From NCBI GenBank assembly GCA_028279685.1, contig JANQNG010000002.1, positions 11,922 through 75,921 on the forward strand: DNA of 64,000 bases. The letters run 5' to 3'. This DNA is from Candidatus Nanoarchaeia archaeon. Its GTDB lineage: Archaea > Nanobdellota > Nanobdellia > Woesearchaeales > SKIA01. The notes under the pieces were generated by a model. The model was not told the origin of the DNA and made no database searches. It was given only the letters and a program-made list of their open reading frames with translations. Made by a program: the position numbers and the translations under genes. Below are positions 38,701-49,374 of this stretch, piece by piece; position 1 is the first letter of the stretch; every line of letters starts with the position of its first letter.

Positions 38701-39501
38701 TTATAATATGTTTTTCACATCGTAAATAGATGGTACGCGAATAACATTCTCCTGTTCTGGATATTCATCTGTAGAAATATGAATTACGTTCATACCAAGA
38801 GAGGTTGCAGGGACAACATCGCTATGATATAAGTCACCAACATAGACAATCTCTGAAGGATGTGCTCCAGTGATTTCAAGAATTTTTTCAAATGGTTCTA
38901 ATGATGGTTTTTTATCTTTAACAACTTCTGAACAAATAACAAGAAATGGTGTGTCTGTTTTCATATGAAATGCAGAAAGCGGTATTGCAAGTGCATTGGT
39001 TACTTTTTCAACGGTAGAAAATACTTCTGATGTCATAATACCTAATTGATATTTATCGTCGAGATATTCTACTAAACCACACAACTCTTTATCTTCTGCA
39101 AGTATTGATGCAAAATCAGTATTACCCACAAGTCTTGCTACAAATCCAGCATCAGTATCAAAAATATTAGTGAATAATTTTCCATTCGAATGATATTGTT
39201 CAAGAAGATTATCATAATGCATTTTCATTTCTTCAGGAAATGATGCAATCGCTTCTAGTAAAGTATTATTTTGAATATGTTCTTTGTATTCTTGTATTAC
39301 TTCATTAGCTAATGCTTCAGGATCAGGAATACCTTCTTCTCTTGCTTTTGAGAAAGCAGAATATCTAAAGAACTCATGAGAATTCTGCACCGTACCTCTA
39401 CCAGGAATGTATTCTCTCTTCTTCCCATACAATGTACCATCAACATCAAAAATAACATATTTGATATTTTTCCAATTCATATGCACACCAATGTTCTCCA
39501 T
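38701..39501 (-). CDS. HAD-superfamily hydrolase/phosphatase
   Basis: Motif I FDVDGTLY, a distal VYVGD motif and a cap domain. It is embedded between kinase genes. Confidence 0.7.
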   Translation of the reverse strand: MENIGVHMNWKNIKYVIFDVDGTLYGKKREYIPGRGTVQNSHEFFRYSAFSKAREEGIPDPEALANEVIQEYKEHIQNNTLLEAIASFPEEMKMHYDNLLEQYHSNGKLFTNIFDTDAGFVARLVGNTDFASILAEDKELCGLVEYLDDKYQLGIMTSEVFSTVEKVTNALAIPLSAFHMKTDTPFLVICSEVVKDKKPSLEPFEKILEITGAHPSEIVYVGDLYHSDVVPATSLGMNVIHISTDEYPEQENVIRVPSIYDVKNIL

Positions 39502-39543
39502 TTTATAAAGTTTTCCATTTTTATTCCTGATTGGTAGTAATAA

Positions 39544-42183
39544 TTACGAAGGAACTATCGCTAAATCAATCTGACTATACTCCAACGTATCTCTATCTAT
39601 CAAGTATCTCTTCCCCACATCTGAGACAATAACGCCTTGCTCTGTAGGAACAATATCAAATCGAGGATAAGCTACAACACTCTTTTCTCTTTGTGCAAAC
39701 AGCCTTCTTCTAAATCTATCAGTCAGTATACCTTTATCTATAAAATCAAGAAACATTACCTCAATCTCTTCCCTCTTTTCAGAATATTTTTCTTTCGAAA
39801 TTCCAAGCATATGAAGCAATAAATACCAATTACGATTAAGAATCACATGATACTTTTTTACACACTCATTCATATCAAACCCAGAATCATACATAAGTTT
39901 CATTTCCCATCCATCAACATGCACATCATATTTTCCAACATAAGAATCAGGAATATCTTCTTGGATAAAGAAATGAATCTCTTCAGGAGAATATCTTAAC
40001 TTCTCTTTGAGAATCGTATTCTTGAAAATATATTTTTCTGCTTTTTCAAGAGGAACATTGTTATTCATAAAATAGGCAAGCGCATACAAATCAAAATCAG
40101 GGTGTTTCTTTTCAAGTATTTCTGATGGAAGTTGCTCATTGATGACTTGCCCTATTTTTTTCTTATCACTATCTTCTAAATACTTAACAATCCACTCATC
40201 CTCTCCACAATCATCATCCTTTAGCAAATATTCTATGCGTCCTTCATATTCAGGATGTCTTTTGGCTATAATATTATCAGATCCTACCGCTTTACTAACA
40301 ATCTCCTCAACATTCTCAGGAATGTAGTCAGCATATTCGAGCAATTCATACCATTCAAACATACGTTTCACTTCACGAATTTTCTCAATAGAAGGTTGCT
40401 TCCAAAGATCGTCATAAATCATATACAAGATTATTTTCTTCAAAGATTTTTGTTTTCCAGGAAAACTTATTCTGTCCTTAACAAAAGAAGCTGACCAAAA
40501 CATATTATCTCTTTCATATCGACTTTCTCCAAAAGGAGCATCCATGATTTTTTTAATATATTCTTCTGAAAGACGACCTAATGAATATGCCTTTTCTCTT
40601 TCTTCCCGAACATCATCTTTATAATCATCAGTACTATCAAATTCCTCGCTGAACAAATTATGAGTTGTCGCTAATTTGTAAAGAATTAATCCTAAGGAAA
40701 GAAGATCATTATTACCACCATACGCACGATTCAATGGATGAATCTCTTCAGGATTAGTTGTAGCTGCTCCTAAATCAATCAAAGTAGCGTTCATTGTTTT
40801 TTTATCATACATAATATTAAGAGGATGAAGATCTCTATAATAGAGCCCTCCTTCTCTAAGTTCTTCAAATCCAAGAATCACTCCTAACCCTACATTTAAT
40901 ATGTCTTCCTCTTGTAAAGGTTCAGGAGAAATATATTCTGTTCTCCAATTCCAGCCTAATTCAGGAGTTAATGTTTCAATGAGAGGTCTCCCTTCTACAT
41001 GCTTAAGAACTAACATACCTTTCTCTTTATCATATCGCTTACATTGAACAACATGCTTCGCATTCGGAATTCTTTGATAAAAACTGAATTCTTCATCAAG
41101 ATCATCACCAAATTTGTACGCTTCTTTGTTGAAAGGATCAATTAGCACATATGTTCCAGAACCAGGATGAGTAATATCGAGTAATGTATCAAGATCCTCT
41201 CCTTTTATCGCTCTTCTAAGTTCTTTCCGTATCACACTTTTTAACCTTGTAAAAAAATACTTAGAAGGACTTATTCCTCTTTGAGACAGCATTGGAAATA
41301 TTTCCAATTGATTAGCAATTCTGCCAAAGTACGTTTTATGAGAAGGAAGTTCATTATCGCAGTCCAGTTTATTCCAGATATCTATCACCTCTTGGATTTG
41401 CTGAGCATTCATAAATGCAGAAAGTCTTAGTGTAGAACGGAAACGATCAAAATGTATTTTTCTATCAAACTCATGATCATATGGATCATGAGGATCTCTC
41501 TGCCAATCCACATGACAAACGCTAAAAAATGATTCATTCTTTTCAAGAAGTTTATTGAATCTTTTAATTGCCTGTTGATTATAATCAGTCATCAATACAT
41601 TCATTCTCCCAAGGATACGTTCAACAACAGTTAATACATCCATATGCTCAGTTTTGTATGCAACATCGATAGCCTGTTGAAGAATATTTTTTATTTCAGG
41701 GACAGCCATAAGACCCATCCAATGTTCATGAATCTCACCCATATGATCAAATTGTTCAAGAACCTCTTTATAGTACGTACTTGTTTGTTCCTCAGCAAAT
41801 GCTTTTCTTTCTTCTTCTGTTTCTAGATCATACATCTTGACTATATCAAAAGAAATAAATTCTGTATCGGAATAATGATGAAAATGATATGCCATTTTAT
41901 GACCTATTCTATCAATAAGAAGAGGTTCATCATGATATAACTCAAGTATTTGTATGTATTGATCTTGAAGTTTAACATTATTTGGATATCGATCAAACCA
42001 TCTCATCCAATCAACAGCCCATTCAAATAATTGTTCCTTATATCTATCTTCATAGTAATCTTTCATCTCTTCGAAAAGAACCGTTAAAGCAGAGGTAAAA
42101 CGTTCTTTTTTTGTTTCTTCTAGAACTAATTTCTCAAGAGGTGCAATATCTTTAACATGCAATGAAATTTTTTCAATACTCAT
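39544..42183 (-). CDS. large protein with a central atypical protein-kinase-like domain
   Basis: YYRDLHPLNIMY (HRD-loop variant) and IDLGAATT (DFG variant), followed by NRAYGGNNDL, which is shared with the 42180..43979 kinase; 879 aa. Confidence 0.55.
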   Translation of the reverse strand: MSIEKISLHVKDIAPLEKLVLEETKKERFTSALTVLFEEMKDYYEDRYKEQLFEWAVDWMRWFDRYPNNVKLQDQYIQILELYHDEPLLIDRIGHKMAYHFHHYSDTEFISFDIVKMYDLETEEERKAFAEEQTSTYYKEVLEQFDHMGEIHEHWMGLMAVPEIKNILQQAIDVAYKTEHMDVLTVVERILGRMNVLMTDYNQQAIKRFNKLLEKNESFFSVCHVDWQRDPHDPYDHEFDRKIHFDRFRSTLRLSAFMNAQQIQEVIDIWNKLDCDNELPSHKTYFGRIANQLEIFPMLSQRGISPSKYFFTRLKSVIRKELRRAIKGEDLDTLLDITHPGSGTYVLIDPFNKEAYKFGDDLDEEFSFYQRIPNAKHVVQCKRYDKEKGMLVLKHVEGRPLIETLTPELGWNWRTEYISPEPLQEEDILNVGLGVILGFEELREGGLYYRDLHPLNIMYDKKTMNATLIDLGAATTNPEEIHPLNRAYGGNNDLLSLGLILYKLATTHNLFSEEFDSTDDYKDDVREEREKAYSLGRLSEEYIKKIMDAPFGESRYERDNMFWSASFVKDRISFPGKQKSLKKIILYMIYDDLWKQPSIEKIREVKRMFEWYELLEYADYIPENVEEIVSKAVGSDNIIAKRHPEYEGRIEYLLKDDDCGEDEWIVKYLEDSDKKKIGQVINEQLPSEILEKKHPDFDLYALAYFMNNNVPLEKAEKYIFKNTILKEKLRYSPEEIHFFIQEDIPDSYVGKYDVHVDGWEMKLMYDSGFDMNECVKKYHVILNRNWYLLLHMLGISKEKYSEKREEIEVMFLDFIDKGILTDRFRRRLFAQREKSVVAYPRFDIVPTEQGVIVSDVGKRYLIDRDTLEYSQIDLAIVPS

Positions 42184-43979
42184 GATTTATACCTCTCGAA
42201 CATCGCTTTTGCTTCAATAACATCTTCTAACTCAGGTTGCACCCACAAATCACCATCCAACAAATCAACAATAATATCGGCCAACACAGAATCAGCAACA
42301 TCCTCACGAATTTTACACAAATACTCCTGCAACAACTCAGGATCATCATACACTTCCTCTCTCTTAGTTTTAACACCTTTCTTCACAACACTATAACAGG
42401 TGAATCCAGGGCCTTCATTAAACAAATTACGACCAGTAGCCATCTTATACATCAACTGACCAACACTAATTAAATCATTATTACCACCATAAGAACGATT
42501 CAAAGAATGAATCTCAGAAGAATCAGTAGTCGCAACACCCAAATCAATTACAACAGCACGATCTTTTTTCTCATCTATGAGTATATTCCTATCGTGTATG
42601 TCTCTATGATAAATTCCTACTTCTCTTAACTCAATAATCCCATTAATAACATCTTTAGTGTAGGAAAATGTTTTCTCTATTAGGAAAGGCTTTCTGCTCA
42701 AAAGCTTCTTCTCTAATGTTTCTCCAAAAATGCGCTCTATCTTTATTGCTAGATTATGCTCCTGTATCGATCTTTTAGCATAATCTGGTTTGTCCAACAG
42801 CCTAACAACATTTGATTTTTCCTTTTGTTTCTTTCGAAGCAACTCTAATAATTCATATTCATGATCAATACCATATGAGAATTTCCAACTAATATCTTCT
42901 TCATTAAAAATAAATGATTCTCCTCCTGAAGCAAATAAACTTAATGTCTTGTAAAGTGTATTAAAAAAAACTTTCGATTCAACTATATCTTCAAGTAAAT
43001 AAGATAAACCTTGGCTTTTATATTCTTTATACCCATCATAATTTATACCTAAATGCCGAAGCATTCTAAGCTGCATTAACCCCAAAGTATTCCTTTCGCT
43101 GTAAAATCCATTCGCTTCTTCAGGAGTATATCTTTCTGAGAAAAAATATTCAAACTTTTCAAAATCATTTAACATTTCATACTTTTGAACATATTCTGGA
43201 GAAATATTTTCATTTATAATTTTCAATATTGTATTCGAAGTAATAGTATTTTTTTTAGAGCGAAATCTTATATCAGTTTCAAACATAAATTTTCTTATAT
43301 TTTTTACCGATTGAACATTATTATCTTTTCTAATATCAAAATCTTTTCTTCGTCTTTTTAGTAATGAAAGAGCAGCATTATGCATTTCCTTACTAGTAAG
43401 AGGCTTCCTATTCTGATAAATAGAAGGGTTTTGATTAAGATGAACTTTTATTATTTCATCTGCTTTTTCAGCAGAAACATTATTTTCTATCAACTCAAAT
43501 ACACTATGCGGAGTTATTCGAGAATCATAAATATTAACTTCCCGAGCTTTGACACCATTAAGAACACAATTTAGTATCTGATACGCATCAAACCTTTTAC
43601 TATACTGATTTATGTGACTCGGAAACTTTCCAAGCTTTCTTAAGAGAATTAATATATCTGATCGTCTATTAACAACATCATTAGCACGTCCAAAGATTTC
43701 TTGTTTCATTTGCAGCATTTCATAAGCAATTCCCCCAGCATGATCCTCTCTATGAGCTAACTTTTCAAGTAAACTTTCAAGGCCTACTCGTTTTCCCCTA
43801 AATCTTTTCCCATACGCATTTGCGGTAGAAGGAGGTATTTTATTCTTATAGAGAAAGACAATATCTTCTCCTTCAAATTTATGATGATATTCATTAAAAG
43901 CAACAGGAGGTATGTTGAATTCTTTCATTATTTCTTCATTTGACATAAGCATTAATCTTATTGATTCATCACTATTCAT
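42180..43979 (-). CDS. protein kinase with N-terminal Y-x-x-R-F repeats (paralog of 36457..38574)
   Basis: IYHRDIHDRNILI, VIDLGVATTD and NRSYGGNNDL. N-terminal YGKRFRGKRV / YSKRFDAYQI repeats. The stop overlaps the downstream start. Confidence 0.65.
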   Translation of the reverse strand: MNSDESIRLMLMSNEEIMKEFNIPPVAFNEYHHKFEGEDIVFLYKNKIPPSTANAYGKRFRGKRVGLESLLEKLAHREDHAGGIAYEMLQMKQEIFGRANDVVNRRSDILILLRKLGKFPSHINQYSKRFDAYQILNCVLNGVKAREVNIYDSRITPHSVFELIENNVSAEKADEIIKVHLNQNPSIYQNRKPLTSKEMHNAALSLLKRRRKDFDIRKDNNVQSVKNIRKFMFETDIRFRSKKNTITSNTILKIINENISPEYVQKYEMLNDFEKFEYFFSERYTPEEANGFYSERNTLGLMQLRMLRHLGINYDGYKEYKSQGLSYLLEDIVESKVFFNTLYKTLSLFASGGESFIFNEEDISWKFSYGIDHEYELLELLRKKQKEKSNVVRLLDKPDYAKRSIQEHNLAIKIERIFGETLEKKLLSRKPFLIEKTFSYTKDVINGIIELREVGIYHRDIHDRNILIDEKKDRAVVIDLGVATTDSSEIHSLNRSYGGNNDLISVGQLMYKMATGRNLFNEGPGFTCYSVVKKGVKTKREEVYDDPELLQEYLCKIREDVADSVLADIIVDLLDGDLWVQPELEDVIEAKAMFERYKS

Positions 43980-43991
43980 TCAACATACCCC

Positions 43992-46694
43992 TCAATCATT
44001 ATTTTTGAACGGACCGCTCATATCAAATATCTTCCCCCTGCAACTATTGTTAGTTTCATCAGATTCTCTATAATTATTATCAGAATCTACTATAAAACAA
44101 AAAGACAATAAAGCATTGCCATGCTTTTCATAATATTGTTTAACTTTATCAAATGGAACATACGGTCCTAGATACATTTGATCTTTATTTCCAGGTTCTA
44201 AGGAAATCTTACTATCCAACATTAAATCTATTTCAGGAATCCCAAATTTTATCGGAATATTTTCTAAATAATATGGACTATCATTGTAAAAATTAGCTCT
44301 AACTTGATACATAAAATGCTCTTCTCCAGATCTACTAGGACTAAAAGTCTCATAACTGTATGGATCTGCCCTTAAATCAATAGGTTCATCAGAAACATTT
44401 AATCCACCTACACACACCTCACTTTTCCTACCATCACTTACAGAAAAAACAACATGATAATAACCATTATGCTGAGAATTTGGGGTAAATGTAAACTTCT
44501 TCCCTTGACTAATCACTCTCGTACTATCTGTTAATAAAGTGACATTCGAACCTAAGGAAATATGCTCTTCAAAAACATCTTCTCCTTCTTCTTTCTCTTG
44601 AAGAACAACCCATTTATAATACAACGAATCACCATCCAGATCTTCGACATTAGCTGCAAAATTTATTGGAACTCCTATTGGAACATCAGGATAAGGATCT
44701 CCTTTAAAGAAACGTTCAGGAAATACAGTAATAATACTTGGAGAATAATTACCTTTAACTAAAACATTCCATTCTTGAGTCGATTCAAATACACCATCAT
44801 TTACCACACACTTTACTCTGTGGTTACCAGGATCAATAACCTGAAAATCTAGTTTTACCCTGTCTTTATCATTTGAAAGAGGAACATTATCAAGAAACCA
44901 AGAAAATGAAACATCATCTCTTGATATAAGATCAACCAGAGAAAAATATGCTTCGTCACCTTTTCCAAATTTATGTTTAAGCCTATATGGTCTAAGCTCA
45001 TCTTTTACATCTACCTTAAATTCAACAGGTTTATCTTTCTCTGAAGTCTCAAAAAACCTTTTTTCAGGTTTATATGCATCAATACGAGGAGCTCTATTTT
45101 CATATGATATAAAAATTATTTTCGTATAAATATCTGCTAATCTATCTGAAACAGTTCTTGTCGAAGAAGTATCAGTTTCCATCTGTGCATTTCGTATAAA
45201 ATAAACAATCTCATCATTTTCCTGTCTTTTCTTAAAATCAAATGAGAATCCATATACATAATGACTGCTTTTATCTCTTCTAAGAAACTCAGCCTCTTGC
45301 TTCTTCTTAAGAACACCATTCAATATCCAATAACACGTAGCTCCTTCAAGATTAGCAGAAGTAATTAAAATTTCAGGAAGATCATCTGCCAAACAATACA
45401 TTGGCTGTTCAAATGTTTTTACTGCTTTATTTCGCTCATTTCTTAAAGCCAAATTAGTCGTATCGCTTTGATCATCCCAAATCCATTTAACATAAGAAGT
45501 GTCAGCTCCTCCTTCTATTATAAAATTTTCACCACCATCATTAAAATAAGATTCAAAAGTAGGATATTTATTTCTAAACTCTAGAGCATCTTCAATCCAA
45601 CCTCGTTCATTAGCACGCCATTTTTCATATTCTTTAATTATTCTATTTCCTTCAAATCTTCTCCAAGAAGCATCTCCTGTCAAAAACAAGCCATACAATG
45701 CTGCTGAGCCCAGAAGTATATAAGCAGGAATCTTAATTTTATTCCAAACAGCTTTTCCTATCTTTCCAAAGTTTATTTTTTTTAACTTTCTTCGAAAGCG
45801 ACGTACTTTTCCAAAATCTCTTCCCAACTCACCAACACTTTGAAATCGCTCATCAGGGTCGTAGCGAAGACATTTTCTTAATATTCTTTGAATTCTTTTA
45901 TTTTTTATTCCTTCAAGCTTTCTCTCTAAACTATCATAACTCTTAGGATTATTCAAAACATCTTTCATTTCAGATTTCTTCTCGCATTGGAAAGGGCGTT
46001 CTCTCAGGCAAAGTTCATACAACAACACTCCTAACGACCAAACCTCTGAACGCGCATCAAATTTACCATCAAGCGTTTCAGGTGCTTGATATTCTCTATC
46101 ACCAGAATAGTCTCCTGTAATATCATCACCCATAGCAATACCATAATCAACAACCTTCACCAAACCAGATTTTTCAAGCATAATATTCTCTGGTTTAATA
46201 TCCCTATGAAAGAATCCAGCATGATGAATAGCAGCTACTCCTTTAGTAGTTTGCGAAAATATTGAAACAATCTCACCAAGAGATAATTCCTTCTTTCGCT
46301 CTTGCAAAGAAAGAAGTGTCTCTCCACGAATAATATCAAACAATAAACCATCTACCTTTCTTTCCCTTTCTATCCCATCATTCTCTTCAACAATAGTAAT
46401 ATCATTAATATTTGCTCTATAATTTGCAAGATTAGGATGTTTCAGCATTGAAAGCACATAACCTGTTCTTGATTCAACTTGAGAAAGATCTATTCCTTCT
46501 TTTCTCCTAACTCCTTCAAGCATACGATACGCATTTGAACTATCTCTCAAAGGATTTCCTGGAATAATTTTTAGAGCAAAGATATTATCTTTATTCTTAT
46601 CATCCTGAACTTCAAAGTAATTTCCCGTAGCACCTTCTCCTAATCTCTCAATAACATTATATCCAGGTGCTTCCACGGAAATAATTCTAATCAT
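43992..46694 (-). CDS. transmembrane receptor-like Ser/Thr protein kinase with a large extracytoplasmic beta-rich (Ig/PKD-like) domain
   Basis: N-terminal canonical kinase: GEGATGNYF (Gly loop), ALKII (VAIK Lys), HRDIKPENIML, VVDYG (DFG) and APETL (APE). A single TM helix lies at ~aa 323-341, followed by an ~550-aa extracellular region. Confidence 0.85.
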   Translation of the reverse strand: MIRIISVEAPGYNVIERLGEGATGNYFEVQDDKNKDNIFALKIIPGNPLRDSSNAYRMLEGVRRKEGIDLSQVESRTGYVLSMLKHPNLANYRANINDITIVEENDGIERERKVDGLLFDIIRGETLLSLQERKKELSLGEIVSIFSQTTKGVAAIHHAGFFHRDIKPENIMLEKSGLVKVVDYGIAMGDDITGDYSGDREYQAPETLDGKFDARSEVWSLGVLLYELCLRERPFQCEKKSEMKDVLNNPKSYDSLERKLEGIKNKRIQRILRKCLRYDPDERFQSVGELGRDFGKVRRFRRKLKKINFGKIGKAVWNKIKIPAYILLGSAALYGLFLTGDASWRRFEGNRIIKEYEKWRANERGWIEDALEFRNKYPTFESYFNDGGENFIIEGGADTSYVKWIWDDQSDTTNLALRNERNKAVKTFEQPMYCLADDLPEILITSANLEGATCYWILNGVLKKKQEAEFLRRDKSSHYVYGFSFDFKKRQENDEIVYFIRNAQMETDTSSTRTVSDRLADIYTKIIFISYENRAPRIDAYKPEKRFFETSEKDKPVEFKVDVKDELRPYRLKHKFGKGDEAYFSLVDLISRDDVSFSWFLDNVPLSNDKDRVKLDFQVIDPGNHRVKCVVNDGVFESTQEWNVLVKGNYSPSIITVFPERFFKGDPYPDVPIGVPINFAANVEDLDGDSLYYKWVVLQEKEEGEDVFEEHISLGSNVTLLTDSTRVISQGKKFTFTPNSQHNGYYHVVFSVSDGRKSEVCVGGLNVSDEPIDLRADPYSYETFSPSRSGEEHFMYQVRANFYNDSPYYLENIPIKFGIPEIDLMLDSKISLEPGNKDQMYLGPYVPFDKVKQYYEKHGNALLSFCFIVDSDNNYRESDETNNSCRGKIFDMSGPFKNND

Positions 46695-46790
46695 ACCACT
46701 ATACCGGAATTCAAATCCTTATAAATAGCTTACGAATATACTAACTGTAAAGTAGTATTCTTAATTATTTTCCATATGGAAATTTGTTCT

Positions 46791-47225
46791 TCAAATCACA
46801 AACCCTTCTCGCTTGATTTCATCGAGAATGAAGATCTCGTTGAGACTCGTAATATTAAACTGCTGCAAGGCATCTTTAAAGCCACCCATCTCTTTCATAT
46901 CCTTAAAAATACATTCAGCATAGAAATCATATCCATCCACCAGCGAAGACAACGTATTCACATGCAGACATTCCGAAAGATACTTCTTCAACTGTTCTTT
47001 CTTTTCTGCTTTAATAGCAAAATTGACCTTCACTGAAAAACCAATCTTCTCATAATCTAGCAACGAAACATGCTTTACAATCACATCACCTTCAAGTGCT
47101 TTCATCCTGTTGAATAATGTTGAGACAGGAACATCTATTTCTTTTGAAATCTGCGCGAGACTCTTCCTTGAATCATCACGTAAATGTTTCAATAATGCTT
47201 TTTCGCTCGACGTTATAACAACCAT
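46791..47225 (-). CDS. lrp: Lrp/AsnC-family transcriptional regulator
   Basis: HTH (EKALLKHLRDDSRKSLAQISKEIDVPVSTLFNRMKALE) plus a RAM domain; 144 aa. Confidence 0.8.
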   Translation of the reverse strand: MVVITSSEKALLKHLRDDSRKSLAQISKEIDVPVSTLFNRMKALEGDVIVKHVSLLDYEKIGFSVKVNFAIKAEKKEQLKKYLSECLHVNTLSSLVDGYDFYAECIFKDMKEMGGFKDALQQFNITSLNEIFILDEIKREGFVI

Positions 47226-47269
47226 TTTCTAATTATGTAATATATTCCATTCTTTATATGTCTTGCCTG

Positions 47270-47308
47270 TGATTTTCTGAAAATCTTCTGGATAAATCAG
47301 GAAAATCA
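47270..47308. promoter_or_regulatory. inverted repeat TGATTTTCTGA...TCAGGAAAATCA upstream of the Lrp promoter
   Basis: Seen directly. A minus-strand TATA-like ACATATAAAG (47252-47260) lies about 30 nt upstream of the Lrp start at 47225. Confidence 0.3.
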
Positions 47309-48493
47309 TCTTCTTAGGACATATTTGTTATTTTTCGGACGAGGAGATACAATTTTCTTTTCCCCTCTTGCTGTCTTCATATACATACTTTCATTCATTT
47401 CAATGCGAGGTATTCTATTCTTATTACAATAACCGAAGTTTGCTGAATAAGCAATCCCTTCCCATGCATGAAAACTAGCATCATAATACTCTAATACAAG
47501 CTCCCATTTCTCTAATGCCTCTTGAGAAATAATCTTACTCTGTCCTTCAGGTAAACTTCCTCCTGGAAACGCAAATATATCACTAATTCTTGAAGGATCA
47601 TCAACGCAACTCTCTAATGCGTTCTTCGTCATTTCAAATTCTTTTCTGATCTGTTCAGGCGATGCATGCTCTAGTCGTACATGGTGATAAGTATGATGTC
47701 CTATATTGAACCCCATATCAAGCAGTTGATTAATCTTCATAGCACCAAATCCTTCCTGGCAAAAAGGTTCTTCATATGATCCATTGAATGCTTTATCGTT
47801 ATTAGCAAAATCTATGAAGAAAATCCCTTTCAATCCCCAATCTGGATGCTTTTTATTGAATTCCTTCATAAGAGAGACAGCACAATGTTCATCAAGCATA
47901 GGCTCTCCTGACTCCTCATAAAGAGGCTCATCTCCGTTAATGATATACTCCATCTGTCCTCTATTAGCATCATCAAAGGTTAAAAGAATTGGTCTTGTTC
48001 CTTCAGGAAGATCATAACTATTGGTGATAAACTCTTCATAACTAATTGGTCTAAATCCATATCGATAATAGGTTTCAAGATGATTCCAAAAGCTTTCCGG
48101 ACTTGTTGTGTAATTATCACCATGATGATCATCAATGACATGATACATCGGAATAGGAATGGTTGTTATGTTCGGATTGCGTTGAGATGTAATCACCATA
48201 GAAGGCGTTTTCCGATGAATAGGATCTTGTCTTAATTTCCAAGCCCATTGGAAATCAATAAATTCCTGATAATCAACAGGATTGATAGTGCAGACCACTT
48301 GCGTATCCGAGGAAGCATACAATGTAGAATCAATCATTGGACGGACAATCTCAACATAGAAAGACTTGTTGGAAAATAATTTTTCTTGAACATCGTTATT
48401 GTGAATAGTAGCATCGTGAGCAAATAAAGTTGTTGTACCTAACACAAACGCCAGTGCTGCTCCAAAGATTCCTTTTTTTATTACATTCATCAT
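47306..48493 (-). CDS. secreted polysaccharide deacetylase (NodB homology/CE4 family)
   Basis: Signal peptide; LLTFDDA (TFDDG motif), HHTYHH His motif. Confidence 0.75.
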   Translation of the reverse strand: MMNVIKKGIFGAALAFVLGTTTLFAHDATIHNNDVQEKLFSNKSFYVEIVRPMIDSTLYASSDTQVVCTINPVDYQEFIDFQWAWKLRQDPIHRKTPSMVITSQRNPNITTIPIPMYHVIDDHHGDNYTTSPESFWNHLETYYRYGFRPISYEEFITNSYDLPEGTRPILLTFDDANRGQMEYIINGDEPLYEESGEPMLDEHCAVSLMKEFNKKHPDWGLKGIFFIDFANNDKAFNGSYEEPFCQEGFGAMKINQLLDMGFNIGHHTYHHVRLEHASPEQIRKEFEMTKNALESCVDDPSRISDIFAFPGGSLPEGQSKIISQEALEKWELVLEYYDASFHAWEGIAYSANFGYCNKNRIPRIEMNESMYMKTARGEKKIVSPRPKNNKYVLRR

Positions 48494-49374
48494 AATGTAT
48501 TCACTTGAAGATATTGTTTATGTTCTATAAGCTCAGGAGGCATCCTGATACGCTCTTTCTTGTATGGTGTAAAATTAGAAGGATCTCCACTCTTTGTTCT
48601 TCTCTTCTTATAGACTTTGTTGAATTTGCTATTGAACTCAAAGATATCATCATAATATTCTTCATCGCCTGCAACTTTTTTTGCAATAGCTCTGAGCGAC
48701 TCCTTACCAGTTGCCTCATAATATTCTCGAGGAATATAATCTTCAAGCGATTTCTTTTCTCCCGAAGTAAAACTATATTGCACAACCTCTGACTTGTTTT
48801 TCACTATGTCGGAAGGGATCCTTAGTATCTGCGCTTTCTCAATCACATTAGATTTCAGTTTATTGTGATCATAGATTCTTTTCCAAAGACTTCCATCTCC
48901 TGATATTTTCTTTGCAATCATAACAAGATATTCATCAGGCTGCACAACATAGAGATGTTCTTTCCTTGCTGTGTTGATAGGAATTGCAGGTGCTATCTCT
49001 TTTGGAGAAGGCTTCTTTGTCGTTTGCATGGGAACAGTATTTTGTTTCTCTTCTTTTTTTCTCAATAAAGTATACTCTCCCTTAAGACGCTTATGCTCAT
49101 CCTTGATGCTGTCTTTCTCAGCCTTCAAACGATCATACTTTGCCTGAACTTCCTTTGCACGTTGTTTCTCAATTTGATATTCCGTCAGATAAGTCCTTGT
49201 AGTCTGTACAACTTCTTTCTCATCAAATTTATTATTGATCCATATTCCTCCTGTGACTCCTCCTGCAATCAGCAAAGCAGTCATAACTACTCTTCCAAAA
49301 CGCCTCTTTTTCTGTCTAGAACCCATCCTATTTCCAGGACTTTCATGAGGTTTATTATCTGCGAAGAATCTCAT
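48490..49374 (-). CDS. membrane-anchored LysM-domain protein with a coiled-coil
   Basis: TM helix VMTALLIAGGVTGGIWI, a coiled-coil, and LysM-like YVVQPDEYLVMIAKKISGDGSLWKRIYDHNKL...ILRIP. Confidence 0.55.
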   Translation of the reverse strand: MRFFADNKPHESPGNRMGSRQKKRRFGRVVMTALLIAGGVTGGIWINNKFDEKEVVQTTRTYLTEYQIEKQRAKEVQAKYDRLKAEKDSIKDEHKRLKGEYTLLRKKEEKQNTVPMQTTKKPSPKEIAPAIPINTARKEHLYVVQPDEYLVMIAKKISGDGSLWKRIYDHNKLKSNVIEKAQILRIPSDIVKNKSEVVQYSFTSGEKKSLEDYIPREYYEATGKESLRAIAKKVAGDEEYYDDIFEFNSKFNKVYKKRRTKSGDPSNFTPYKKERIRMPPELIEHKQYLQVNTL

